55,657 nucleotides of DNA from Phaeosaccion multiseriatum (lineage: Eukaryota; Protista; Ochrophyta, other classes), in contig CBCOSG010000004.1 in assembly GCA_965112735.1 (NCBI GenBank), positions 1 to 55,657 on the forward strand, given 5' to 3'. The number at the start of each line of letters is the position of its first letter. The first letter of the stretch is position 1. A program made the translations under genes and the position numbers. The notes below the pieces were generated by a model. The model saw nothing but the letters and a program-made list of their open reading frames with translations. It did no database searches and was not told the origin of the DNA. This document shows, one piece after another, positions 45,842-55,657 of this stretch.

Positions 45842-45874
45842 AAAATACCTAACAATTAGAAAGGTTGAAACTTA

Positions 45875-46612
45875 ATGTTAAAAATAGAACAAATAAAAGT
45901 AAATGGACACGCACCGAAATTTAAGGCGGCAGCAGTATTTGATCAAGAAATTGGTACAATCGCTTTAGCAGATTATTTTTTGAAAAAATATGTCCTTTTA
46001 TTTTTTTATCCGTTAAATTTTAGTTTTATTTGTCCTACTGAAATTTTGTCTTTTAGTGATAAGTTTAAGCAATTTGCAAAAATAGATACAGAAATCCTTG
46101 GAATTTCTATCGATAGTAAATTTTCACACTTAGCTTGGCTACAAATTAAACGGAAAAATGCGGGGTTAGGGAATTTAAGCTATCCGTTAGTATCAGATTT
46201 AACGAAACAGATCAGTTCTAAATATAATGTTCTAACCAAAAAAGGTGTTGCGTTACGTGGAATATTTATTTTAGATAAGCAAGGAATACTACAATATTCA
46301 TCTGTTAATAATCTATCTGTTGGTAGAAATATTCCGGAGGTACTAAGAGTATTGAAAGCTATTCAATATGTTCAAAAAAATCCGAACGAGGGCTGTCCAG
46401 CCAATTGGAATGTAGGCAAAAAAACAATTACTCTTGAAATGCTGAAAAAATTTGAAAAACAAAATTATAAATATAATTATACAGTAATGGTACTTCATTT
46501 AGAAGTAACTAAACAATTTCCAATTAAAGAAAATAACTTATTTCAAAACACAACTAATCTAAACAGTAACATTATTATAAAAAAAATTTATAAGCAAAAG
46601 CACACATACTAA
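45875..46612 (+). CDS. ycf42: 2-Cys peroxiredoxin (Ycf42/Bas1)
   Basis: Motifs FFYPLNFSFICPTEI, ALRGIFI, GRNIPEVLR and CPANW. Confidence 0.92.
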   Translation: MLKIEQIKVNGHAPKFKAAAVFDQEIGTIALADYFLKKYVLLFFYPLNFSFICPTEILSFSDKFKQFAKIDTEILGISIDSKFSHLAWLQIKRKNAGLGNLSYPLVSDLTKQISSKYNVLTKKGVALRGIFILDKQGILQYSSVNNLSVGRNIPEVLRVLKAIQYVQKNPNEGCPANWNVGKKTITLEMLKKFEKQNYKYNYTVMVLHLEVTKQFPIKENNLFQNTTNLNSNIIIKKIYKQKHTY

Positions 46613-46761
46613 ATCAGTTACTATAAACACTATTATTAACTTTAGATAAACAAAGTAAATTCATTAAAATATATCATCTGCCAAAATAAAAAAACCTATT
46701 CACTTAATAATTAAATAATATCCTCTACAATCTTCCTATTTTTTAATATATATAAATAAAA

Positions 46762-46956
46762 ATGCCAAAACTTAAAACTCGTAAAGCAGTCGATAAACGC
46801 TTTAAGAAGTTAAAAAACGCTAAATTTATAAGAAGAAAAGCTTTTAAAGGGCACCTTCTTGAAAAAAAATCGCCGAAGCGAAAACAAAATTTGTCCAGAA
46901 AACCTTTAGTATCTACAGCGGACACTAAAGTTATCAGAAAAATATTAATTTACTAA
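46762..46956 (+). CDS. rpl35: Ribosomal protein L35
   Basis: Motifs [15 protein letters not shown] and HLLEKKS. Confidence 0.96.
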   Translation: MPKLKTRKAVDKRFKKLKNAKFIRRKAFKGHLLEKKSPKRKQNLSRKPLVSTADTKVIRKILIY

Positions 46957-46979
46957 AATATCTAAAAGAACATTTTATC

Positions 46980-47327
46980 ATGGTTAGAGTAAAGCGTGGC
47001 AGTGTAGCCAGAAAACGCCGCAATAAAATTTTAAAATTAGCAAAAGGATTCCAAGGGGCTCATTCACAAGCATTTCGTACAGCTAATCAACAAGTAATGA
47101 AAAGTCTAATTTATTCTTATAGTGGCCGAAAAGAAAAAAAACGTAAATTTCGACAACTTTGGATAATTAGAATAAATTCCGCAGTTCGCTTGTATGGTTT
47201 AACTTATAGTAAGTTTATTAATAAATTAAAAATCGGTAAAATTTTTTTAAACCGTAAAATGTTGTCTCAATTGGCAATTTTAGACCCAAAAGGGTTTTCT
47301 CAACTATTACAATTAATAACTAAATAA
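46980..47327 (+). CDS. rpl20: Ribosomal protein L20
   Basis: Motifs [17 protein letters not shown] and [10 protein letters not shown]. Confidence 0.98.
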   Translation: MVRVKRGSVARKRRNKILKLAKGFQGAHSQAFRTANQQVMKSLIYSYSGRKEKKRKFRQLWIIRINSAVRLYGLTYSKFINKLKIGKIFLNRKMLSQLAILDPKGFSQLLQLITK

Positions 47328-47395
47328 ATTAATAATATAAACTTTTTATTAATATTAAAAATTAAATTAAAACATTACAAATAATATTAATACTT

Positions 47396-48223
47396 ATGGA
47401 AACTACATTAAAATTAGGTAGAAAAGGATTGGAGTATATTATTTATAAATATACCCGTTATAATGAAATGTGCCCTGAATTTCGCAAATTAGAATTAAAA
47501 GAATTTTTACAAAAAAATATTTTACAAAACAAGCTTCAAAATAGTATTTCTGATAAAGATAAAGCTAAAAAATTAATTACTGGTATAATTAGTCAAACAA
47601 TAGGTGACGAAGATTTAAATGAGATCTTTGATAAAAACTCAGTAGATAAAATACTCCAGTTAATATTTAATCAAAAAGTAAGAAATAGTGAAAAAGAAAG
47701 AAAAAAAAAACTAACACAACATTACACAATAATAGCGGTAATTGAAAATGAATTGGGCGTTTTAACGCGTTTAACAGGTTTATTTTTCAAAAAAGGCTTT
47801 AAGGTTTCTAGTTTAGCTATTGGGCAAAGCGAAGCAGAAGGTTTTTCGCGTATAACATTTACTTTGGTGGGTAATAAAAAAATATTAAATCAGTTTCTTT
47901 ATCATTTGCAACGTTCCATAAATATTAAAGATATTGTGTATGTAAGTAATAAAAAGCGAATCGAAAGAGAATTATTATTAATAAAGATTAAGGCTTCTAC
48001 AATTGAAAAAAAAAAGCTTAAACATCTAGCACTCCAATATCAATTTAAAATTATTGAAACAGAAAATTTTACCGTAACTTTGGAAATTACAGGGAAACCT
48101 AAAAAAATTAAAGCGCTTTGTTATTTAATTCAAAAGAACTTTAATATTCTTCAAATCGTAAGGACAGGAAAAATAGCTTTATTATGCGGTGATAATAATT
48201 CTTCAATTTCCCAACTACTATAA
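47396..48223 (+). CDS. ilvH: Acetolactate synthase small subunit with long N-terminal extension
   Basis: ACT domain ENELGVLTRLTGLF..GF..SSLAIGQSE..SRIT, then ERELLLIKI and VRTGKIAL. Confidence 0.88.
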   Translation: METTLKLGRKGLEYIIYKYTRYNEMCPEFRKLELKEFLQKNILQNKLQNSISDKDKAKKLITGIISQTIGDEDLNEIFDKNSVDKILQLIFNQKVRNSEKERKKKLTQHYTIIAVIENELGVLTRLTGLFFKKGFKVSSLAIGQSEAEGFSRITFTLVGNKKILNQFLYHLQRSINIKDIVYVSNKKRIERELLLIKIKASTIEKKKLKHLALQYQFKIIETENFTVTLEITGKPKKIKALCYLIQKNFNILQIVRTGKIALLCGDNNSSISQLL

Positions 48224-48338
48224 ACAATATTTTTAATTAATAATATTACATGTGAAAAAATACTGAAAGAAAATCCTTAATTTTAAGATTTACTTTCATA
48301 CTTTTTTTTTAATGTATAATATCTATTTTAATATTCTA

Positions 48339-48821
48339 TTAGAACAACCCTAAAGTAACAGCTTGATTAATTGGCATACAAGCACCAATACCTAACCAAA
48401 TAGAAACAAATGTGCCAATCAAGAATACTGTTGATGCAATAGGACGACGGAATGGATTTTGAAATCCATTAATATTTTCAATAAATGGAACTGTTATTAG
48501 CCCAGCTGGAACAGCAGCCATAGCTAAAACTCCTAAAAGTTTATTAGGTAATACTCTTAATAGATTAAAAGTAGGGAAAAAGTACCATTCAGGTAAAATT
48601 TCTAATGGTGTAGCAAATGGATCTGCTTTCTCACCAAATGATGAAGGTTCCATAACTCCTAATCCGATACAGATTAAAAATGTTCCTAAAATACAAACTG
48701 GGAACATATATAATAAATCATTAGGCCAAGCAGGTTCTCCATAATAGTTGTGACCCATTCCTTTTGATAGTTTTGCTCTTAATTGAACATCGGTCAAATT
48801 TGGTTTTTTTATAACTGACAT
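48339..48821 (-). CDS. petD: Cytochrome b6f subunit IV
   Basis: Motifs [17 protein letters not shown] and ILPEWYF. Confidence 0.99.
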   Translation of the reverse strand: MSVIKKPNLTDVQLRAKLSKGMGHNYYGEPAWPNDLLYMFPVCILGTFLICIGLGVMEPSSFGEKADPFATPLEILPEWYFFPTFNLLRVLPNKLLGVLAMAAVPAGLITVPFIENINGFQNPFRRPIASTVFLIGTFVSIWLGIGACMPINQAVTLGLF

Positions 48822-48887
48822 AGTTTTTTAATTAATTCTAATAATTTATACGAAACTTACCTTATTTATTTTTTTATGTAGTAAAAT

Positions 48888-49535
48888 TTAAAGAGGTCCA
48901 GAAATGCCTTGTTTACGGATCATTAAAAAGTGTGTTAACATTAGAACAGCTGCTACTAATGGTAAAACAAAAGTATGAGCACTATAAAAACGGGTTAAAG
49001 TAGATTGACCTACACTTGTACCACCTCTTAATACTTGAACTAATAATGGTCCAACAACTGGAATTGCCTCTGGTACCCCTGTCACAATTTTGCAAGCCCA
49101 ATAGCCTACCTGGTCCCATGGTAAAGAATAGCCTGTCACACCAAAAGAAACCGTAGTAACAGCCAAAGTGACTCCTGTAACCCAAGTAAGTTCTCTTGGT
49201 TTTTTAAAACCGCCTGTTAAATAAACACGAAAAACATGTAAAATTAGCATCAGAACCATCATACTAGCAGACCAACGATGAATCGATCTAATTAGCCATC
49301 CAAAGTTTACTTCAGTCATAATATAAGCAACTGAACTAAAAGCTTCACTTACACTAGGTCGGTAATAGAAAGTCATAGCAAAACCTGTAGCAACTTGAAC
49401 TAAAAAACAAGTGAAAACAATACCGCCAAAACAATAGAAAATATTTACATGTGGCGGCACATACTTACCTGCAATATCATCGGCAATTGATTGAATTTCC
49501 AGTCGTTCTTCCAACCAATCATAAACTGCACTCAT
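48888..49535 (-). CDS. petB: Cytochrome b6
   Basis: Motifs [11 protein letters not shown] and [10 protein letters not shown]; ends RKQGISGPL. Confidence 0.99.
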   Translation of the reverse strand: MSAVYDWLEERLEIQSIADDIAGKYVPPHVNIFYCFGGIVFTCFLVQVATGFAMTFYYRPSVSEAFSSVAYIMTEVNFGWLIRSIHRWSASMMVLMLILHVFRVYLTGGFKKPRELTWVTGVTLAVTTVSFGVTGYSLPWDQVGYWACKIVTGVPEAIPVVGPLLVQVLRGGTSVGQSTLTRFYSAHTFVLPLVAAVLMLTHFLMIRKQGISGPL

Positions 49536-49662
49536 TTGTAATATTTCCTTTTTTAAAAAAAAATCTTCTTACAAAATTATTCTTTTTACGAAACAATTTT
49601 ATAATACACAACTAGGCTATTTTTTTTTATAAAACAATTTTAGAATATATAGCTAGGCTATT

Positions 49663-49735
49663 TGCCAGAAACCAGATTCGAACTGGTGACACGAGGATCT
49701 TCAATCCACTGCTCTACCAACTGAGCTATCCCGGC
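49663..49735 (-). tRNA. trnF: tRNA-Phe(GAA)
   Basis: Starts GCCGGGATAGCTCAG; anticodon GAA. Confidence 0.95.
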
Positions 49736-49833
49736 AACCTTGGAACTACTAAGCATACTAATATAATTAGTTATTAATAGTAACTACTTAAAGTATTATT
49801 GCTAATTATAGCATTATCTTTTTTAGTTCAAAC

Positions 49834-49920
49834 AGGAGAGAGTGGGATTCGAACCCACGGAACATTAACAGTTCATCTGATTTCAAATCAGACGCAATCG
49901 ACCAACTCTGCCATCTCTCC
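49834..49920 (-). tRNA. trnS: tRNA-Ser(UGA)
   Basis: Starts GGAGAGATGGCAGAG; anticodon TGA; long variable arm. Confidence 0.95.
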
Positions 49921-49964
49921 TGAATAAAATAAAATAAATATTTTATCTTACTCTATTTTTAATA

Positions 49965-50420
49965 TTAGTGCCAAGGTTCCGGTCTAGGAGGCCGGATTAT
50001 CTTGACAATAACATAAAGGGCTAACCCCATTCCGACCCAATACTCTATAGTATTGCCAGTCTTCCTTAGGGAAATACCTCTAAGTTTTTCAATTCTCGTC
50101 CTCGTATCAGGGACGGTACTACTTGGAGGAACCGAGTTACCCGGTAGTCCATCTCCAGTGGTTGGAGGAACCCAATTGCCCGATGATCCATTTCCAGTGG
50201 TTGGTGGAACTGAATTCTCGGGCGGTATATTTCCCGTACCCGAAGTGGGTGTGATTGCACTCACTACCTGATTACAGGTATAACCCGCTATATAAATAGC
50301 AAATGCCATCACCACCCCTTTTCCCACGTCTTTTAATCGCTCTAACGATTCTTCCGCAGTTAAATTATCCCCGTAGGAAAAGGGATAACCTAAATTTTTC
50401 TTATTATTATCTTTTTCCAT
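49965..50420 (-). CDS. Hypothetical 151-aa membrane protein with 13-aa Pro/Gly/Thr repeats
   Basis: Intact ORF with a strong SD (AAAGGAGG-attaat-ATG), two hydrophobic segments and visibly higher GC than its flanks. Confidence 0.8.
   Translation of the reverse strand: MEKDNNKKNLGYPFSYGDNLTAEESLERLKDVGKGVVMAFAIYIAGYTCNQVVSAITPTSGTGNIPPENSVPPTTGNGSSGNWVPPTTGDGLPGNSVPPSSTVPDTRTRIEKLRGISLRKTGNTIEYWVGMGLALYVIVKIIRPPRPEPWH
50125..50222. repeat. 39-bp imperfect tandem repeat (about 2.5 units)
   Basis: Units of GGAGGAACC...CCATyTCCAGTGGTT encode NSVPPTTGNGSSG / NWVPPTTGDGLPG / NSVPP. Confidence 0.85.
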
Positions 50421-50624
50421 ATTAATCCTCCTTTAAAATATATAGACGCATATCAACATAATTGTACTTATTTGTCAATACCTTATTACATAATATGACA
50501 TAATATAATGGAATAACAAAGTGTACATATAAAAATAATGAAACATATATATATAACAATTAAAGGAGTTGAAAACAACTAATTTTTTATCATAGTATTA
50601 GACCCCCAAGTTTACAATTCGTTT

Positions 50625-51002
50625 TTACTCAGGGTTTTTCCCAATAGGAAACATTTTTGTCCCGACCGGAGTTCTTCCTGCATTTACTTTCTCTGGGAAA
50701 ACCCCATCCAAAGGATGTAAGTGTTGAACTTCACCACTGGGGAAAATTCTATAGATTTTAAAATCAGTAATCTTCATTTTTTTTAGCTGCGCACCCAAAG
50801 CTAAGCATTGTTCTTTACGAGCAAGATATAATAAATTATAACCTAGTAACATTACTGACGAACCTCCCGTGGGCATTTCAAAAGTTTGTTGCTTTTTATT
50901 TTTCCAAGTGATAACGTACTTTTCTTCAATTTCAGCTGACCGCAACCAACCACCTGTATTTCCGCCAAAAATAGGTGAATACATTTTCAAGACAGAAGTC
51001 AT
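50625..51002 (-). CDS. psaD: Photosystem I subunit II
   Basis: Motifs [25 protein letters not shown] and [15 protein letters not shown]. Confidence 0.97.
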   Translation of the reverse strand: MTSVLKMYSPIFGGNTGGWLRSAEIEEKYVITWKNKKQQTFEMPTGGSSVMLLGYNLLYLARKEQCLALGAQLKKMKITDFKIYRIFPSGEVQHLHPLDGVFPEKVNAGRTPVGTKMFPIGKNPE

Positions 51003-51099
51003 AATTTTTTTGTGTAAAAAAGTGTATATAATAATGATTTGATAAAGCTTTTAGCTTTTAAACCTCAATTAATTCTATAAAAATTAATTTGAGATGCCC

Positions 51100-51173
51100 T
51101 AGCGGGGAACGGATTCGAACCATTGACCTTCGGATTATGAGCCCAACGAGCTACCATACTGCTCTACCCCGCC
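51100..51173 (-). tRNA. trnfM: tRNA-fMet(CAU)
   Basis: Starts GGCGGGGTAGAGCAG..GGTAGCTCG; GGGCTCATAA anticodon arm. Confidence 0.9.
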
Positions 51174-51252
51174 TTTTGTTATAGGGTCTAATTTATAGGT
51201 TCCAACTTAATATTACTTTATTTATATTTTTTTGTCAAGTGCTAATAATTGC

Positions 51253-51744
51253 TTAAAGAAATTGCAGTAGTATTAAATCAATAACCATAAGATTTAATAG
51301 GGTAAAAAGTAAAAATTTAATGCGTTGTAAAATAGGTAAAACTTGGTATTCTCTAATTATACGGTCGGTAATTAAAATAATTTTAGGTTTAATCCATAAA
51401 CAGCCATCATACCAGCCAGATTCTTCATAAAAGATAGTTGAACTATATAATCGTTGTTCAACATATATCCATGCTAAAAAAATACGCAAAATATAAATAA
51501 TATAAACTAATAAACTAACAAGAATAATAAAAAATATTTTTTTAATAAAATATTGATCTGGGCTGGAAAAAAAAAGAATTGGAATACTCAATAAAACAGA
51601 TAAAAAATAATTAAATTTTAAAACTTTTAGGAATTCAGCCTTTGATAGTCTTACCCAATTAAAAGAAGTCGATTGAATCAATTTTAAATACTCATTTAAG
51701 GGCCGCTGATTTTTTGGAACCGGACAAGATAATTTATAATACAC
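51253..51744 (-). CDS. ycf36: Ycf36 (DUF1230/CGLD27-like)
   Basis: Motifs CPVPKNQRPLNEY and YEESGWYDG..W.KP. Confidence 0.93.
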   Translation of the reverse strand: MYYKLSCPVPKNQRPLNEYLKLIQSTSFNWVRLSKAEFLKVLKFNYFLSVLLSIPILFFSSPDQYFIKKIFFIILVSLLVYIIYILRIFLAWIYVEQRLYSSTIFYEESGWYDGCLWIKPKIILITDRIIREYQVLPILQRIKFLLFTLLNLMVIDLILLQFL

Positions 51745-51871
51745 AGCTACTTGTTATTAAAGAAATAATAAAGACAAAATTATTTAATTTATTAACATTA
51801 AAATATTTTTATCGGTTTTGAAACTAACTAACTAACTAACTAATAAATATTATATTTTACTAGATCTAAAT

Positions 51872-52105
51872 TTAATTATAAATATTGAAAAAACGAGGAG
51901 CACCAATAAATAATGCAAAAAGGAAGTATATTAGAATTAGACCATAAATAACTCTATCAAAAAAAACCTCACTTTCTTTTACAGTATCAAAAATTTGTAA
52001 AGAAGCTAAAAATTCTTGCAAAGTTTGTTGGTCTGGATTTCGAATTAATATAAATATAATTAAACTAAGATTAATAATAAGCCAAAGGATCTGAAAAATT
52101 AGCAT
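51872..52105 (-). CDS. ycf47: SecG-like Ycf47
   Basis: 77 aa with two TM helices (ILIRNP; E..FDRVIYGLI); upstream of ycf36. Confidence 0.7.
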   Translation of the reverse strand: MLIFQILWLIINLSLIIFILIRNPDQQTLQEFLASLQIFDTVKESEVFFDRVIYGLILIYFLFALFIGAPRFFNIYN

Positions 52106-52705
52106 TGGAATTCTCCCACAATAAATAATTATTATATATATTTTAAAAACTCTTGTTAAATGTTAACAGTTTATTATTTATAATAAGAATTTTTTAAGTT
52201 AACTTTAGTCTACAATATTCAGTTTGAAGTGTCAAGTTCAATTAGTATTTAATTAAAAATTTTATACCTAAATAAATTATGTTGTTTTGCAACACTAGTA
52301 TATTGTCAAAATAGACTATAATTTTCAGAATAATATTTTATTGTCCAAGACTCCGTCGTCATAAATCTATTTGACGATAATCAAATATTTTACTGGTAGA
52401 ATAATGTGTAAAACTATACTAATAATACTGAAAATATTATTCATACTATTTAAGTTCTTATAAAAAGTTTCATTCTACTAAAAATGCTTTAGAAAATTAT
52501 TAACATTAATAAAGATAACCTAGGTACTTAATAAATACACAAATTTGCTTTAAAAATTATTATTTATTTAAAAATTTGAAATCTTGTACAGATAAAGATT
52601 ATTATTTAATTAAAGTTTTTTTAATTGATTCTATAAAAATCATACATTATTTTTAAATTTATTGGATAATAAATTTCTAAAATCTAAGTTATCCTTTAAT
52701 AACTA

Positions 52706-52783
52706 AATAATTAAATTTAATTATTTAATTAATTTAATTATTTAATTAATTTAATTATTTTAATTATTTAATTAATTATTAAT
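52706..52783. repeat. AT-only ~17-bp tandem repeat
   Basis: Reiterated aatttaattatttaatt downstream of petM. Confidence 0.75.
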
Positions 52784-52874
52784 ATCCTTGAACTTTTAAT
52801 AATAAAAAACCAAGAAATAAACCCAATAATACCATATTAAAACACGTTACAGCTACTATTATAATTTCTTTCAT
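52779..52874 (-). CDS. petM: Cytochrome b6f subunit PetM
   Basis: MKEIIIVAVTCFNMVLLGLFLGFLLLKVQGY. Confidence 0.92.
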   Translation of the reverse strand: MKEIIIVAVTCFNMVLLGLFLGFLLLKVQGY

Positions 52875-52912
52875 TATAGATCCCTTTTAAATCAATTTTA
52901 TGTTATTTAATT

Positions 52913-53002
52913 TTAAAAACCATTTCTTCCCCAGACAACTAGAGAGAGAGTAAACGTAAATGAAACCATAACCGTTGCCCAACCTAAACTAATAATATCC
53001 AT
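52913..53002 (-). CDS. petN: Cytochrome b6f subunit PetN
   Basis: [29 protein letters not shown]. Confidence 0.95.
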   Translation of the reverse strand: MDIISLGWATVMVSFTFTLSLVVWGRNGF

Positions 53003-53167
53003 AATAATGTTTAATCTAAATCTGTAACTATCTTAAATAACAACTTATAATTATATTATAATTCAAAAACTTGATTAATACTTTTTAATACAAGATATAA
53101 TTTATTATTTCCTAATCACTATAAAATTAACCACTCTTAAATATATATAAAAATTTAGATAAATTTT

Positions 53168-54226
53168 ATGGTAAATTCTATTAAACAAAATACAACAACA
53201 AAATCTATTTCTTCTGAAACATTATTAACCCCACGTTTTTATACGACTGACTTTAATGAAATGGCCAATTTAGATATTTCTTCAAATCATGATGAGATTC
53301 AAGCAATCATTGAAGAATTTCGTTTAGATTATAATCAACATCATTTTATTCGAGATAAAGAATTTTCTAAGTCTTGGGAAGAATTTGATAAAAAAACAAA
53401 AAATCTTTTTATTGAGTTTTTAGAACGTTCATGTACTGCTGAATTTTCAGGATTTTTGCTGTACAAAGAGTTATCTAGAAATTTAAAAAGTATAAATCCT
53501 TTACTAGCTGAAGGTTTTGCTTTTATGTCACGGGATGAAGCGCGACATGCGGGTTTTTTAAATAAAGCTATGAGTGATTTTAACGTAACGTTAGATCTGG
53601 GATTTTTAACTAAAAGTCGAAAATATACTTTTTTTGCACCAAAATTTATATTTTATGCAACATACTTGTCAGAAAAAATAGGTTACTGGCGTTATATTAC
53701 AATTTATAGACACCTAGAAAAAAATCCAGAACATAGAGTTTACCCACTTTTTAGATTTTTCGAGAGTTGGTGTCAAGATGAAAATAGACATGGTGACTTC
53801 TTTGCGGCAGTGTTAAAGTCTCAACCAGAATTATTAACTGGATTAAAAAGCCGGTTATGGTGCCGATTCTTTTTATTGTCAGTCTTTGTAACAATGTATT
53901 TGAACGATCTACAACGTTCTGATTTCTATTCTACAATAGGTCTTGATGCTCGAAAATTTGATATACATGTAATTCATAAAACTAATCAAAGTGCAGGTAG
54001 ATTATTTCCAGTAATATTAGATGTAGAAAATACTAAGTTTTTTACTTACCTAGAAGAGTGCGCACAAATTAATACAAAATTAATTCAACTTGGTCAAGAC
54101 AATAAGCCAAAATTTTTTACTTTATTACTTAAAATTCCATACCTTTTTAAATTATTAATTAATTTAATTAAATTATATTTATTAAAACCAATTAATAGTC
54201 AATTAGATTGGAATAAAGTATATTAA
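53168..54226 (+). CDS. acsF: Mg-protoporphyrin IX monomethyl ester cyclase
   Basis: Motifs [32 protein letters not shown] and DENRHGD. Confidence 0.98.
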   Translation: MVNSIKQNTTTKSISSETLLTPRFYTTDFNEMANLDISSNHDEIQAIIEEFRLDYNQHHFIRDKEFSKSWEEFDKKTKNLFIEFLERSCTAEFSGFLLYKELSRNLKSINPLLAEGFAFMSRDEARHAGFLNKAMSDFNVTLDLGFLTKSRKYTFFAPKFIFYATYLSEKIGYWRYITIYRHLEKNPEHRVYPLFRFFESWCQDENRHGDFFAAVLKSQPELLTGLKSRLWCRFFLLSVFVTMYLNDLQRSDFYSTIGLDARKFDIHVIHKTNQSAGRLFPVILDVENTKFFTYLEECAQINTKLIQLGQDNKPKFFTLLLKIPYLFKLLINLIKLYLLKPINSQLDWNKVY

Positions 54227-54444
54227 TAAGTAAATACAAAGACTACTTTTAATTTTTATTATAACGTTTTTAGTCTAATTATTTTTTTATTTTATTTTAT
54301 TTTCGATAAATATATTAAGTATAAAATTAATTTTCACCAACTATCTGGTATATTTAATATCAGATATTTTACAGGCATTGCTTTAATATATATATATACA
54401 CAATTATGGTGTCATGGGAAATTATTATTCGTTAATTTTTTGTA

Positions 54445-54723
54445 GGGGGCGTGGCGGAATGGTAGACGCAACGGACTTATTAACTTGAGCCATTAAAAAA
54501 TTATTTTTTAAGGTAAGTTCTCAAATTCAAGAAATTAAACTCTTTTTATTTGAAGACAAAAAATCTTGAGCCAAAAAATATTTTGCTGAAAAAATATATA
54601 GGTGCAGAGACTCGACGGGAACTACTCATTATAGGTAAAGAAAGAGTCCAATTTAGATAATTATTCTAATTGAAAATCCGTTGTCTAAATATAGACGTGG
54701 GGGTTCAAGTCCCCCCGCCCCCA
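54445..54723 (+). tRNA. trnL: tRNA-Leu(UAA), exons 54445-54478 and 54673-54723
   Basis: Exon 1 ends ...ACGGACTT and exon 2 begins AAAATCCG; joining them restores the UAA anticodon. Confidence 0.93.
54479..54672 (+). other. Group I intron in trnL(UAA)
   Basis: P (AAATTCAAGAAA), Q (AATCTTGAGC), R (GTGCAGAGACTCGACGGG) and S (AAGAAAGAGTCC) elements; terminal G. Confidence 0.92.
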
Positions 54724-55073
54724 AGAAACAAAATCCAAGATACATTAATTATAATAAAATAAAATTATAATATAAAAGTTATAAAACATAAACAAATTTA
54801 CATATAGATACGCAGATTTTAGAGTTTAGTCTATTTGTACATTAGGGTTAGTAAAAATGGATTGAATATTTATGTTTAGAAGTCTGAAAATATCTTCTGA
54901 GAGGTGTATATAAGCGCCTGACGGGATTCTGAAAGATCAGATAAGATTGTATTCTCTTTAATTAAAAGTTGGTCTTAAAATAGGTTTATTATATGGTATT
55001 GAGAAATAAGTAAGATTATATTGCAGACACACATTATATTTTGTTATTCTATAACCTAAAAAACTATTACATT

Positions 55074-55178
55074 ATGTACACGCTTATTTCTATAGCGGTT
55101 GGTATAACATCATCCTGCTCATCGTTAAAACATTCTACCATAATAAACTATATTGTACTCACTACGGGAGGAGGCTAA
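55074..55178 (+). CDS. 34-aa peptide MYTLISIAVGITSSCSSLKHSTIINYIVLTTGGG
   Basis: Paralog of 2497-2601; GGAGGAGG precedes the ATG at 55180. Confidence 0.55.
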   Translation: MYTLISIAVGITSSCSSLKHSTIINYIVLTTGGG

Positions 55179-55179
55179 T

Positions 55180-55440
55180 ATGACACCTATGATTATCAAA
55201 ACAATACTCCCTGGAAGTAGGGGATTTACGTTGTTTAAACGGGGAGTACAAGTATAACCCAGTCATGGTTACAAAAAATATAACTCTGACTGTGCTGGAT
55301 TATTGTTCACCTCTCCAATGAGATTAGTGGTGCATTGTGTTGCCGCAAGTGCAAGTATTATGGCTTCGATCATAAGTCCGAATCCCACAACAATCGGTTG
55401 CGCTTGTCATTTGATTACAGAACTATACAACAATTGCTAA
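55180..55440 (+). pseudogene. Cys-containing ORF paralog with two frame breaks
   Basis: MTPMIIKTILPGSRGFTLFKRGVQV / NPVMVTKNITLTVLDYCSP / PMRLVVHCVAASASIMASIISPNPTTIGCACHLITELYNNC. Confidence 0.65.
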
Positions 55441-55612
55441 CTAAAAAAAAACTAATTTCTTTGAATTAGAAAGTTGGTAAAAATAGTTTTTTGGATTAAA
55501 ATATCCTATTACTAATGTAATGGATATTTTGTGTGATTCCATTTTCTATAGAAGTCCATTAATCAGCCAGTATAATTTTCATCTATTATTAATACTTTTT
55601 TTGAATAGCTAA

Positions 55613-55652
55613 AAAAAAGTATCTACCATTAAAAAAGTATCTACCATTAAAA
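55613..55652. repeat. 18-bp tandem duplication
   Basis: aaaaaagtatctaccatt occurs twice. Confidence 0.8.
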
Positions 55653-55657
55653 ATTAA

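Noticed and set aside
50053-50271. Overlapping 72-aa and 64-aa ORFs; 39-bp repeats as a CRISPR array
   Set aside because: Alternative frames of the 151-aa ORF; the repeats are contiguous coding units with no spacers and no cas genes.
52140-52700. Long AT-rich spacer as a possible lost gene
   Set aside because: No sustained frame or recognisable motif on either strand.

Overview
This window is part of an AT-rich, red-lineage (ochrophyte) plastid genome. The first ~16 kb is a large inverted repeat (1-~6690 pairs with ~9290-15978: secA, ycf54, trnN, thiG, psaC, ccsA, rpl21, rpl27). It brackets a ~2.6-kb single-copy spacer whose noisy sequence hides ccs1 and a tic20/ycf60-like gene. Next come psbY, rpl32, psbA, the rRNA operon and many photosynthesis and housekeeping genes (chlI, ycf17, ftsH, psbEFLJ, petF, psbDC, clpC, cemA, ycf37, ycf4, sufBC, ftrB, psaE, peroxiredoxin, ilvH, petBD, psaD, acsF), plus a trnL(UAA) with a group I intron. 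The tiny spacer, cemA and the trnL intron suggest a chrysophyte/synurophyte-like plastome, but that placement is an inference. Four signals stand out. (1) A foreign-looking two-gene cassette (34-aa peptide ending TGG, then a ~95-aa Cys-containing ORF) occurs as divergent paralogs near trnN (in both IR arms) and near trnL. (2) An intact, repeat-bearing 151-aa membrane ORF sits beside trnS. (3) A 94-bp leader is shared between the cassette and clpC. (4) clpC is broken exactly at an in-frame A_AAA_AAG slippery heptamer. Homopolymer indels are visible in this assembly, so every frameshift needs read-level confirmation.
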